From a bacterium (lineage in GTDB: Bacteria; Patescibacteriota; Patescibacteriia; S139-126): a stretch of DNA of 64,000 bases. This document shows, piece by piece, positions 30,756 through 39,972 of this stretch (the first letter of the stretch is position 1; every line of letters starts with the position of its first letter). A model generated the notes under the pieces. It was not told where the DNA came from. It did not search any database and was given only the letters and a program-made list of their open reading frames with translations. The stretch spans positions 19,873-83,872 of the forward strand of contig DAOUWZ010000003.1 in assembly GCA_030666865.1 (NCBI GenBank). The letters run 5' to 3'. Position numbers and translations under genes: made by a program.

Positions 30756-30928
30756 AATTTACAATAGACTTATTGTATAATTAATTCCTACTGCAATTTC
30801 CAAATTTAGGTCAAATTTTCTAAAAATTTTTTCAGCTTAAGCTTCTAGCTAAACTTCAAAAATTGTTTAATAAATTATGACTCAAAATTTAATAATTTCG
30901 TTACAAAATTAATTATGCAATAAGTCTA

Positions 30929-31717
30929 ATGAAAAAGATTTTTAAATTTATAAATAAATTTTTATTTGTTGTTTTTTTATTAGCCTTAGTTATAACATTT
31001 TTTTCAAGGAATAATTATAGGCAGGTTGACAATATTCATGAAAATGTTATTTTAGAGCCTATACAGATAGAGACAAGTGATAAAGAGTTGATTCGGTTTA
31101 TTGATAATGACTATGATTATGAACTTGAGCCTTTATTTAATTATCAGGTTGATGGCTTAATAGTTCATAAAACTGATTATCGCATTTTTAGCATCAATAA
31201 AAGAACTAGCGTTTTCCCAATGGATTTATGTGTTATTTGGGGAGAAAATGTTTCCAGTAGGGTTTTTCAGAATAAGCAACTTAAGTTTTCTCAAGATTTC
31301 AGATTTTGCATGTGGCATTGGCAGGGAGATGTAAAAGTAAACAGTGATGAGATTGCTAATGTTCATTTGATTGTTAATGATGATAATTTATTGAAGAAAG
31401 TTGAGTCATTATTTAGAGGCGATCAAATACGGGTCAAAGGAAAGTTAGTTAATGTTAAAGCGAAAAGTATTGGCAAACCAGGTAAATATGATTTTGATGA
31501 GTTTTCTATGAATTCAAGTGTTTCTCGTAATGATACTGGTGCAGGCGCTTGTGAAATTTTGTATGTTGAAGATATTGAAATTTTGAAAAAATCAAATCCA
31601 ATTTCGTATTTATTATTTCAATTTAGTTTGTATGGATTGTTGATATTAATTGTGATTAATGTTTTCGTGTTTTTTAAAGAATTTTATCTTATCAGGAATA
31701 ATAAAAAACAAAATTAG
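30929..31717 (+). CDS. hypothetical membrane protein (N- and C-terminal TM helices)
   Basis: 262-aa ORF. Confidence 0.4.
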   Translation: MKKIFKFINKFLFVVFLLALVITFFSRNNYRQVDNIHENVILEPIQIETSDKELIRFIDNDYDYELEPLFNYQVDGLIVHKTDYRIFSINKRTSVFPMDLCVIWGENVSSRVFQNKQLKFSQDFRFCMWHWQGDVKVNSDEIANVHLIVNDDNLLKKVESLFRGDQIRVKGKLVNVKAKSIGKPGKYDFDEFSMNSSVSRNDTGAGACEILYVEDIEILKKSNPISYLLFQFSLYGLLILIVINVFVFFKEFYLIRNNKKQN

Positions 31718-31761
31718 TTATTTAAAATATATTTGTAAGTTAAAAATATAAAGGGGGAATT

Positions 31762-32271
31762 ATGTTTTCCTTTAAAAAATATCCTATATTTAGGATGAAA
31801 TTTCGTATGCCGTGGAAGGATCCATTTTTTCGTTGTACTATTTTACTTCAGCGTGAACCGCTTGAGATATTAAAAATATTGATTAAGCGAAGAAACGGTA
31901 GTTGGCCATGGCAATTAATTGTTAAGAAAGAGCTTGATAAAAGAAAGGTGCATGAAAATGTTGGAGCATATATTAAATCAGAAATAGCGCTTATGAAGGA
32001 TGATAAAAATAAATATTTTGCTTATGAAAGATTACATGCCGGTGAATCTGATGTTGATGTTTCTGATAGTGAAGCTTGCAATTATTTTGCAACAGCTAGT
32101 AATGGTCCTATTGAATATGCTCGTCGCAATGTTGCTTGGCCGACAACAGATAAAATTGAACGACCGTTTAGAAAAGTAGAAAAAATAGTAGAATATTTAA
32201 AACAGTTAAAAACAGTTATTATTCGTCATTGCCGACGAAAATTTTCTTTTTACCATATCTTTCATCATTAA
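31762..32271 (+). CDS. hypothetical protein
   Basis: Strong RBS AAGGGGGAATT upstream of the ATG. 169 aa. Confidence 0.4.
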   Translation: MFSFKKYPIFRMKFRMPWKDPFFRCTILLQREPLEILKILIKRRNGSWPWQLIVKKELDKRKVHENVGAYIKSEIALMKDDKNKYFAYERLHAGESDVDVSDSEACNYFATASNGPIEYARRNVAWPTTDKIERPFRKVEKIVEYLKQLKTVIIRHCRRKFSFYHIFHH

Positions 32272-32289
32272 ATTTGGATTCTTATACGA

Positions 32290-32320
32290 AAAGCCCCACC
32301 AAAAACTGGGGTTTTTATTT
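32290..32320 (+). terminator. Rho-independent terminator
   Basis: CCCCA-ccaaaaac-TGGGG hairpin followed by TTTTTATTT. Confidence 0.7.
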
Positions 32321-32392
32321 GACATTAAATATATTTTAATTTAAATTAAAACAACGCTCGTTAATAATTTGATTGTTTAATTTGGAGGATTT

Positions 32393-32914
32393 ATGTTTAA
32401 TAAGTATGTTTTTTGGGTAAGGGAATTCCCACGCGGGTCAGCTTTTTTTCAATTTGCCTTACTAGGTACTATTGGTGAGTTAGGCGGGTTGTTAATTAAA
32501 ATGGCAAATTGGTTTCCTTGGAATATCCAAACTTTATTTTTGAAAATATTAGCTTGGGGCATTCTGGGAATTATTATTAAATACGGCTTTGTCGGTATGA
32601 AAGGTTTTGTTAGAGCTCAGGTAGAAGCAGGATTTTTATCTAAAAAATATTTAACTGGTTGGCGCTGGGCATTTGTCGTTTCTTTGGTTACCAATATTTT
32701 TTTTGGACCAGTAATGATGTTTATTCATCGCTTGGAAGATAATTTGATTGTTGGGGAATGGAATATGGCAGGACTCGAGTTTGCTTGGTTGACGCTTTTA
32801 TGGTTTTGGATTCCGGCTCATACTATTACTTTTAAATTAAAAGAGGAATACCAAATCGGCATAGCTGCTATTTGGTCAATAGCCTTGGGAATAATCCTAG
32901 GAATTTATATGTAA
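32393..32914 (+). CDS. hypothetical polytopic membrane protein
   Basis: RBS GGAGGAT. About five hydrophobic helices. Confidence 0.4.
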   Translation: MFNKYVFWVREFPRGSAFFQFALLGTIGELGGLLIKMANWFPWNIQTLFLKILAWGILGIIIKYGFVGMKGFVRAQVEAGFLSKKYLTGWRWAFVVSLVTNIFFGPVMMFIHRLEDNLIVGEWNMAGLEFAWLTLLWFWIPAHTITFKLKEEYQIGIAAIWSIALGIILGIYM

Positions 32915-32934
32915 GATTAATCAGAGGAGGTTTT

Positions 32935-33024
32935 ATGGCAATTCCAGCAGAAGCAAAGTCAGGTGATTATTGTGATCGGTATAATAAGGGATGTGACGGA
33001 GTGCTGAGTCTAAGAAATATATGA
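32935..33024 (+). CDS. Candidate small ORF (29 aa, MAIPAEAKSGDYCDRYNKGCDGVLSLRNI) with a consensus Shine-Dalgarno sequence
   Basis: GAGGAGG lies 5 nt upstream of the ATG. TGA stop at 33022-33024. Below the ORF-track length cutoff. Followed by a 15-bp-arm perfect inverted repeat. Confidence 0.25.
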   Translation: MAIPAEAKSGDYCDRYNKGCDGVLSLRNI

Positions 33025-33029
33025 GGCAC

Positions 33030-33064
33030 GATTTATTTGCATGCAGTTTGCATGCAAATAAATC
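33030..33064. repeat. Perfect inverted repeat GATTTATTTGCATGC-agttt-GCATGCAAATAAATC
   Basis: Direct reading. 15-bp arms with a 5-nt loop. Not followed by a T-run. Confidence 0.8.
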
Positions 33065-33140
33065 TGATCATCGCCGGGAAGCAAATGGAAAAGAGGAGAG
33101 ACAGTATTACAATGGAAATCGTTAGCCGTTGAAGGTTAAC

Positions 33141-33176
33141 TAAGGAGCTTGTTTAGGCAGGCTCCTTCTTTTATTT
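33141..33176 (+). terminator. Rho-independent terminator ending the small transcribed unit downstream of 32914
   Basis: AAGGAGC-...-GCTCCTT hairpin followed by CTTTTATTTCC. Confidence 0.5.
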
Positions 33177-33336
33177 CCTAAATTGTTATTCCGTGTTTGC
33201 CTCGTTCGCTTTTGGAGGGATGTGGAATCTCATAATATTATATTAAAGTAAGATCTTGATCCTGTGACCGCAGGGCAGAAATGTAGGGTAGAATAATTAG
33301 AGCTTGGCGTTGAGTTGACTTTTTGTTATAAATAGT

Positions 33337-34632
33337 TTATTTTTTCATAGCAATAACAATATCCCCAACATTGGTGCCGGTGGGGCCGGTAGTTATATGA
33401 GAGTTAAGTTTTTTGAAAAAAGTATATGAGTCGTTATTATTTAGGTAGTGATTGATATTTAAACTTTTATTTTGTGATTTTTTATAAGTATTATAATTCA
33501 CCAAAGCGCCAGCTACTGGTTGCGGACAAAAACCGTCAATCCCATCAGTACCAAAGCTAGCTAGGGTAATATTTTTTAATAAATTTTTAGGAATCAGTTT
33601 TAAAATAGTTAAAGCGAATTCTTGATTGCGTCCGCCATGACCTTGTCCGCGAACTTTAACTACAGTTTCTCCGCCAGCTATCAGGCAAGTATTTGGTGGT
33701 ATTTTTTTTATTAATTCTACAAACTCTTTAGCACTTTGTCTGACTTCACCTTGCAGGAAATTAGACATTGATATAGTTTGATATCCTATTTTTTTGGCTT
33801 CACTGGTAGCCGCTTTAAGCATAGTGTTATTATCGCCAATTATTTTATTAATTACTTTTTTATTTTTGAATACCCTGTCTCGACTAGTTGGAGTATCAGG
33901 GATTTTTTTATTTAAACCTAATTGTAAATGTTTTTTTACGCTATCCGGTATCTTATTGATTAATTTATATTTATTTAAAACTTGCCAAGCTTGTTTAAAT
34001 GTTGATGGATCAGGCACGGTAGGTCCTGACGCAATAGAAGGTAAGTGACTATCCATAACATCAGATATTATCAGCGATATTGTTTTGGCTGGATAAATAG
34101 TTTTGGCTAATTGTCCGCCTTTGACTTGGGACAAGTGTTTGCGGATGATATTTATTTCTTGAATAGTAGCACTAGTGTGTTTAACCAGTAGTTCAAATGT
34201 TTTAGCTAAATCTTTTAGAGTTATGCCTTTCGCGGGCACAGTAAATAAAGCACTGCCGCCGCCAGAGATTAAACACAGCACCAAATCATTGCTTTTGGCA
34301 GAATTTATTAAAGTTAATATTTTTTTGGAATTAATAAATCCAGTTTGACAGGGTAAAGGGTGGCAAGCTTTTTGTAATTTAATTTTTTGCAGTTTATTAT
34401 TTCGTGGTAGATTAGGCACATTGACTAATCCTTTGGTTATTTTTTTGCCAAGTATTTTTTCTGCACCCAAAGCCATTTTATATCCAGCTTTGCCAAAACC
34501 AATTACATAGATGTGTTTGTATTTACCAATTATATTATTTTTATTTAAAAAATCAGCAGTTAATTTTTCTGGATCAATTGCCAAAAGCGCTTGATTGATT
34601 ATTTTCTGTAAATTTTGTTTAGTATTATTCAT
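33337..34632 (-). CDS. Glycerate 2-kinase, MOFRL family
   Basis: Motifs SGGGSALF, GGETVVKVRGQGHGGRNQEFAL and FGTDGIDG are characteristic of MOFRL/GLYCTK-type glycerate kinases. Confidence 0.7.
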   Translation of the reverse strand: MNNTKQNLQKIINQALLAIDPEKLTADFLNKNNIIGKYKHIYVIGFGKAGYKMALGAEKILGKKITKGLVNVPNLPRNNKLQKIKLQKACHPLPCQTGFINSKKILTLINSAKSNDLVLCLISGGGSALFTVPAKGITLKDLAKTFELLVKHTSATIQEINIIRKHLSQVKGGQLAKTIYPAKTISLIISDVMDSHLPSIASGPTVPDPSTFKQAWQVLNKYKLINKIPDSVKKHLQLGLNKKIPDTPTSRDRVFKNKKVINKIIGDNNTMLKAATSEAKKIGYQTISMSNFLQGEVRQSAKEFVELIKKIPPNTCLIAGGETVVKVRGQGHGGRNQEFALTILKLIPKNLLKNITLASFGTDGIDGFCPQPVAGALVNYNTYKKSQNKSLNINHYLNNNDSYTFFKKLNSHITTGPTGTNVGDIVIAMKK

Positions 34633-34775
34633 ATCTGAATTATATCACAATTAAATTAAATACTTATTTAAATAAGTATTTAATTCTTTAATATAAAATT
34701 AATGTCTGAGCAAAAGTGGTTTATTTGATTGTTTTTTGCTAAAATAATAGTACTTTAAATATTAGTATAAATATC

Positions 34776-35780
34776 ATGCCAAACAATATTGCTTTTATTT
34801 CTTGCGAGTCGTGGGAAAAAGAATATTTAAAAAATAAATTTAAGGGTAATCGTGTAAAATTTTTTGAACAGTTAACCTGTGAAGCTGATTATGCCAAATT
34901 ACAACAGTTTGATATTATCAGCGGTTTTATCAATACTTCTTTTCAAGCAAAGAATCTCGCTAAACTGAAAAATTTAAAATATATTACTACCAGATCAACT
35001 GGTTTTGATCACATTGATATTAAACAGGCAAAAAAAATGGGAATTAAAGTCAGTAATGTGCCGTTGTATGGCGCTAACACTGTGGCTGAACATACTTTTG
35101 CTTTGATTTTAACACTATCTCGTAAGATTTATGAATCAATTGAACGTACAAAAAAATCTGATTTCTTGCTGGACGGCTTAAGGGGTTTTGATTTAAAAGG
35201 CAAAACTATTGGCGTGATTGGAACCGGCAGTATTGGTGAACACGTAGTTCGTATGGCTGATGGTTTTCAAATGAATATTTTGATGTACGATGTTTTCAAA
35301 AATACTAGATTAGTAAAAAAATATAAAGGCAAGTATGTTACTTTAACTAAACTTTTAAAAGAGTCTGATATTATTACTTTGCATCTACCGTATAATAAAG
35401 CTACACATCATTTATTAAATGCTAAGAATATTAAGAATATTAAATCTGGCTCTTATTTGATTAATACTGCCAGAGGCGGACTGGTTGAGACCAAAGCGTT
35501 TATCAAAGCTTTAACCTCAGGACAATTAGCTGGTGCCGGACTTGATGTACTGGAGGAGGAGGGGTTGATAAAAGAGGAGATTCAGTTGTTGGATCGACAA
35601 ACTTCACGAGAGAAATTAAGTGCGGTTTTGCAGGATCATATTTTATTGAAAATGGATAATGTGATTGTTACTCCACATAATGCCTTTAATTCAGGGGAAG
35701 CTTTGCAAAGAATTCTGAATACCACAGTGGAGAATATTGAAAGATTTATTAAAGGCAAGCCTATTAATTTGGTGAATTAA
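34776..35780 (+). CDS. D-isomer-specific 2-hydroxyacid dehydrogenase (hydroxypyruvate/glycerate or D-lactate dehydrogenase-like)
   Basis: NAD-binding GVIGTGSIGEHV and catalytic region TARGGLVE...TPHNA. Confidence 0.8.
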   Translation: MPNNIAFISCESWEKEYLKNKFKGNRVKFFEQLTCEADYAKLQQFDIISGFINTSFQAKNLAKLKNLKYITTRSTGFDHIDIKQAKKMGIKVSNVPLYGANTVAEHTFALILTLSRKIYESIERTKKSDFLLDGLRGFDLKGKTIGVIGTGSIGEHVVRMADGFQMNILMYDVFKNTRLVKKYKGKYVTLTKLLKESDIITLHLPYNKATHHLLNAKNIKNIKSGSYLINTARGGLVETKAFIKALTSGQLAGAGLDVLEEEGLIKEEIQLLDRQTSREKLSAVLQDHILLKMDNVIVTPHNAFNSGEALQRILNTTVENIERFIKGKPINLVN

Positions 35781-36060
35781 AAGAAACAAGACACAATAAT
35801 AATAAATTCTAAGCACGAAATTCTAAATCCTGAACAAATCATAAATTCAAATGATATAAGCTCAAAACAAGTTTAGAATATTTTAATTTTGATATTTGGA
35901 TTTGTTTTGAGGTTAGATGCTAGAATTTAGAGTTTATTTGATTAATTCGTATCTCGCATCCTTATTTTTTGAGATTCAATCAGTATTGATCGAAATTAAA
36001 TTATTTGTTATCATATTCTTAGCTACCGTATAAAAATAATTAATTATTAGTTTTAAGCAC

Positions 36061-36288
36061 ATGGCTCAGAAAGTTAAAAAGATTGAAGTTGATAGAGAGC
36101 TTTGTATTGGCGCGGCTTCTTGTATTGGCGTCGCTCCTGAGGCTTGGGAATTGGATGAAGAAAATATTGCGATTTTGAAAAAAAGCTGGACAGATCTGGA
36201 CGATGATATATTGATTGCTTCAGCAGAAAGTTGTCCAACCAAAGCAATTTTTGTGTACGGAGAAAATGATGAGCAAATATTCCCCTAA
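36061..36288 (+). CDS. Small ferredoxin (single Fe-S cluster type)
   Basis: 75 aa with CIGAASCIGVAP and a C-terminal CP motif (ESCPTKAI). Confidence 0.65.
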   Translation: MAQKVKKIEVDRELCIGAASCIGVAPEAWELDEENIAILKKSWTDLDDDILIASAESCPTKAIFVYGENDEQIFP

Positions 36289-36449
36289 AAAATTATCTAT
36301 ACCCCTTCGCTTTCATAATTTTAATTTTTTAGTTTGAATAAATATTCAACTTTACTCGTAGTTAGTGTAATTTTGGCATATAGCTTCGGGGTATTATACG
36401 GAATTATTTAATTAGTTGAGTATAAAAATAATTTATAAGCAAGTTTTAA

Positions 36450-36488
36450 ATAAACACTTCAGCAACGAGAAGTGTTTATTTTTTTGTT
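36450..36488 (+). terminator. Rho-independent terminator after the ferredoxin gene
   Basis: AAACACTTC-agcaacgag-GAAGTGTTT hairpin followed by ATTTTTTTG. Confidence 0.7.
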
Positions 36489-36569
36489 TGGTTTTATTAT
36501 AATGGAAACCTATTTCGCGTCCGCGGGATATGTTTCCATTTAAGCATAGTAGTAGTTGTTGTTGTTTTA

Positions 36570-36598
36570 TTGATTTTTTGTAAAAGTTGTGTTATAAT
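36570..36598 (+). promoter_or_regulatory. Sigma70-like promoter for the large secreted protein gene
   Basis: TTGATT (-35), a 17-nt spacer and an extended -10 TGtTATAAT at 36590-36598. 37 nt upstream of the ATG at 36635. Confidence 0.45.
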
Positions 36599-36634
36599 AG
36601 CTTTATAAAATAAAAATAAAATTAATGAAAATAT

Positions 36635-38770
36635 ATGGTCACTAAACAAAAATTTAATATTTCTTTGGCGATGGTAGTAATGTTTTTTGCATTGCTATTT
36701 TTTATTCCCACGGAATCCAAAGCTGGCACCTGCGGAATAATTGCTGATTATGAGACACCGGTTCTCACAGCAACCGCCAATGGGGAGGGGGTTTTTTTAG
36801 AATGGGACAAAATTGATAACAGTAATTTCAAGAATTATATCGTGGTGATATCAAGAAATAATTCAGAGCCGTATTATAGCGCTTATGGATATTTGACCAA
36901 AATTACCAATCCCGACACTACTGCTTATATAGTTGATAATTCAGTGAATTATACTAGTGGTGATTTTACCTCGCCTCTAGAAGCTAATGAGAGTTATTAT
37001 TTTGTTTTATCTGTTGAATATGAATGCGGTCTTGTTAAAACTTCTGAAGCCGTGCAAGTTATTTATCCTGAATTGAATCCGCCCGATCTTATCACTCCGT
37101 CACTTTCCAGTTTGGTTAAAGATGACGGCAGTATTATTTTGAATTGGAATGATATTGATCATGAATATTTAAAAAATTATCGAGTAGTAATTTCAAGTTT
37201 TGATTCTACTCCGAATTATCCAGATAATGGTTACCTAGCCACAGCTAATGTAGGTGAAACTAGCAAAACAGTAGACAATTCAGTGAAATATACAGCTGGC
37301 GATATTGATTCTTATTTGCAGTCAGGCAGTTATTATTATTTTTCTGTTACTAGTCATTATCAGATAAATTCAGTTGATTATTATACTACCAGTAATATTT
37401 TGCGAATTAAATATAATGGTCCATCAGCTGATAATTATGCCTACTATCAAACTCCTAATATTACTAAAGTTCATCCAGATTCCAGTGGTATTAAATTGGA
37501 ATGGGACAGTATCGAAGATACTAGATTGAATGGTTATCAAATTATTATTGGTTATGATGCCAGTCCGATTTACTCGCAAGGATATTTGGTTACTTTGGGA
37601 ACAGATATAAGTAGCTATACTATAGATAATAGCACTGCTTATATTGAGGGAAATTTTGGTAAATATTTGGAATACGGGGAAATTTATAATTACGCCGTGG
37701 TTGCTTTGTATAATAACAATATTCAACGTACATCTGCAGCTCAACCACAGCAGTATAAAGGTCCTTTGCCCGTAGAATCTGATTATTTACAATTTTTTTT
37801 AGCATCTACTAAAGGCGGAATGTTTACTAGTTGGAACAGATTGAAAGATTGGCGTTTAACTGGCTATAAATTTATTATTTCTAAGGATAATGCCAGTCCG
37901 ACATATCCAGGTAACGGGTATTATACTGATATTAAAGGAGCTGACGGAGAATATGATAAAAACGCTTCAAGCTATAATATTGTTGGCGGTATTCAAAATA
38001 AAGATGGTGATTTTGATTTTTTGGAAGAAGGACAAAGTTACTATATAGTTTTGGCGGCTATTTTGAATAATGGTGAGATTATTCATTCAAATGTAATTCA
38101 AGCTACATACCTTGGTGATGATGAAGAGGTGACGCCACCAAGTTTTATTCAATCAACTAATTCTGTTAGCAATGCAACTGTTGAAGCAGAAAAATTATTA
38201 GTAACTAACGTAGATCAAGGATTAATAAATAGATTGAGAGGATACATATTATTGCAAGTAGAAAATAATGGTGAAGCCTGGTATATTGATCCTAATTCTG
38301 ATAAAAAATATTACTTAAGGGACAGGGAGGTAGCTTTTACTGCTTTGAGAGAATTTGGTCTGGGTATTACCAATCAGGATATTAGCAAAATTCCGATTGG
38401 TTTAGAGTCAAGATTTATAGATGTTGACTCAGATGGAGACGGTTTGGGTGATAAATTGGAAGAAGGATTAGGAACAGATCCCGAAAAAGCTGATTCAGAC
38501 GGTGATGGGTATGGTGACGGTGAAGAAATTTCCAGTGGTTATAATCCCAATGGTCCAGGCTCTCTAAATTTTGATGACAGTATGGTCAGTCGTTTGCAGG
38601 GGCGAATATTATTGCAAGTAGAATCAGGCGGGCAAGCATGGTATATAAATCCAATGGACGGAAAAAGGTATTATATGAAAGACGGTCAAGCAGCTTATGA
38701 TATAATGAGATTTTTATCACTTGGTATTACTAATACTGATTTAAGAAAAATAAGTGTTGGAGATTTATAA
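36635..38770 (+). CDS. Large secreted repeat protein: signal peptide, four to five FN3-like tandem domains, TSP3-like calcium-binding repeats and two C-terminal copies of a roughly 55-aa module
   Basis: Signal peptide MVTKQKFNISLAMVVMFFALLFFIPTESKA. Repeated ...W(D/N)xI(D/E)...Y(I/K)(V/I)(V/I)IS...SP(Y/T)Y(S/P)...GYL... units. DVDSDGDGLGDKLEEGLGTDPEKADSDGDGYGDGEE. RLRGYILLQVENNGEAWYIDP..KKYYLRD and LQGRILLQVESGGQAWYINP..KRYYMKD. Confidence 0.55.
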   Translation: MVTKQKFNISLAMVVMFFALLFFIPTESKAGTCGIIADYETPVLTATANGEGVFLEWDKIDNSNFKNYIVVISRNNSEPYYSAYGYLTKITNPDTTAYIVDNSVNYTSGDFTSPLEANESYYFVLSVEYECGLVKTSEAVQVIYPELNPPDLITPSLSSLVKDDGSIILNWNDIDHEYLKNYRVVISSFDSTPNYPDNGYLATANVGETSKTVDNSVKYTAGDIDSYLQSGSYYYFSVTSHYQINSVDYYTTSNILRIKYNGPSADNYAYYQTPNITKVHPDSSGIKLEWDSIEDTRLNGYQIIIGYDASPIYSQGYLVTLGTDISSYTIDNSTAYIEGNFGKYLEYGEIYNYAVVALYNNNIQRTSAAQPQQYKGPLPVESDYLQFFLASTKGGMFTSWNRLKDWRLTGYKFIISKDNASPTYPGNGYYTDIKGADGEYDKNASSYNIVGGIQNKDGDFDFLEEGQSYYIVLAAILNNGEIIHSNVIQATYLGDDEEVTPPSFIQSTNSVSNATVEAEKLLVTNVDQGLINRLRGYILLQVENNGEAWYIDPNSDKKYYLRDREVAFTALREFGLGITNQDISKIPIGLESRFIDVDSDGDGLGDKLEEGLGTDPEKADSDGDGYGDGEEISSGYNPNGPGSLNFDDSMVSRLQGRILLQVESGGQAWYINPMDGKRYYMKDGQAAYDIMRFLSLGITNTDLRKISVGDL

Positions 38771-38828
38771 AGCTTTTTGTAAAATTTTTAATTTGTTATA
38801 CTATTAGAAAAGGATTAATAAATTATTT

Positions 38829-39185
38829 ATGAAATTATTATTACGTTGGTTAATAAATTCTTTGATCTTAATTCTGATAGCTTATTTCGTATCAGGCATA
38901 GAGGTTTCTAGTATTTATATTGCTTTGATTACAGCTTTGTTTTTAGGTTTGGTAAATGCTTTAATTAGGCCGTTATTGATTTTGATTACTTTGCCAATCA
39001 ACATTCTAACTTTAGGATTGTTTACTTTGGTTATTAATGCTTTGCTGTTTTGGTTTGTTGCTACTTTTGTTCAAGGTTTTGAAGTGGCAAGTTTTGTGTC
39101 TGCTTTTATCGGCGCATTCTTATTAGCTATTGGGTCCTGGGTTACCAATCGTTTTATTGTTAGTGCAAAAAACAGTCAAAGATAA
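38829..39185 (+). CDS. Phage_holin_4_2 / DUF360 (YvlD-like) small membrane protein
   Basis: 118 aa with four TM helices and a C-terminal basic tail. Architecture and sequence style match the DUF360 family. Confidence 0.45.
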   Translation: MKLLLRWLINSLILILIAYFVSGIEVSSIYIALITALFLGLVNALIRPLLILITLPINILTLGLFTLVINALLFWFVATFVQGFEVASFVSAFIGAFLLAIGSWVTNRFIVSAKNSQR

Positions 39186-39206
39186 TTATTATTCAAAATA
39201 TAGTTT

Positions 39207-39812
39207 ATGAAGAATATTCTTTCAAATTTGATTCCAAAATTAAGACAAGAATTTGTTTTGGTGATATTTTTGTTGGTTGGTTATTCTGCTTCTCAAGCTT
39301 CTTTTAACACCTTGCAATTAGCAATTGTTTTTAATTTTCTTTTACTTTTATTTATTATTTGGTTGATAAAAGTTTTTGTTAGGGAAAATTTTTCCAGGCA
39401 ATATAAAGGTTTTATAGTTTTGATTTCTGGATTAGCTATGTTTGTAGCTGGTTTCTATGCGGCTTTGCAATATTATTTTGTAATAATACAAGACCCATTT
39501 GGTTCTTTATTGCAATATTTATATTTATTCTTTCCATTGTGGGTAATGCTTGAAGGAATATTGATGTTGTTTATTATGAATTTTGATCACAAGATAAAGA
39601 GCGTTGATTTGGAAGCAAAGATAGAAACAACCGAACCTTTGCTGGGTGATTTTATAACAGTGGCTTTGGCTACAGTTGTTCTTATTTTACTTGGTGAATT
39701 TGTGATTGTTTTTCCTTGGTATTTGAATGTTTGTTTAGTTATGACTGTGAATTTGATTGTGATAAATCAATTTGGCGGGCAAGTAGAAGAGAAAAAAGTA
39801 AAAAAGATATAA
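39207..39812 (+). CDS. hypothetical polytopic membrane protein
   Basis: 201-aa hydrophobic ORF. Confidence 0.4.
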   Translation: MKNILSNLIPKLRQEFVLVIFLLVGYSASQASFNTLQLAIVFNFLLLLFIIWLIKVFVRENFSRQYKGFIVLISGLAMFVAGFYAALQYYFVIIQDPFGSLLQYLYLFFPLWVMLEGILMLFIMNFDHKIKSVDLEAKIETTEPLLGDFITVALATVVLILLGEFVIVFPWYLNVCLVMTVNLIVINQFGGQVEEKKVKKI

Positions 39813-39972
39813 GATTGTTAATATTAATTTTTTTAAAAAGACCTTATTGTAGGAGTCTTTTTTCTATTACAATTAAGAAAGGTATAAATTATTAAAATGT
39901 GTAGCAATAGAGTACGGCTCTGTTGCTACAGTGCATATTTGATTAAGTTCATAAATATGTTAATATACTTGC

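Noticed and set aside
30756-30928. About 10-bp inverted repeat pair (CAATAGACTTATTG / CAATAAGTCTA) flanking the 30756-30928 intergenic spacer
   Set aside because: Arms are short and AT-rich, so chance occurrence is plausible in a 30% GC genome. No associated transposase.
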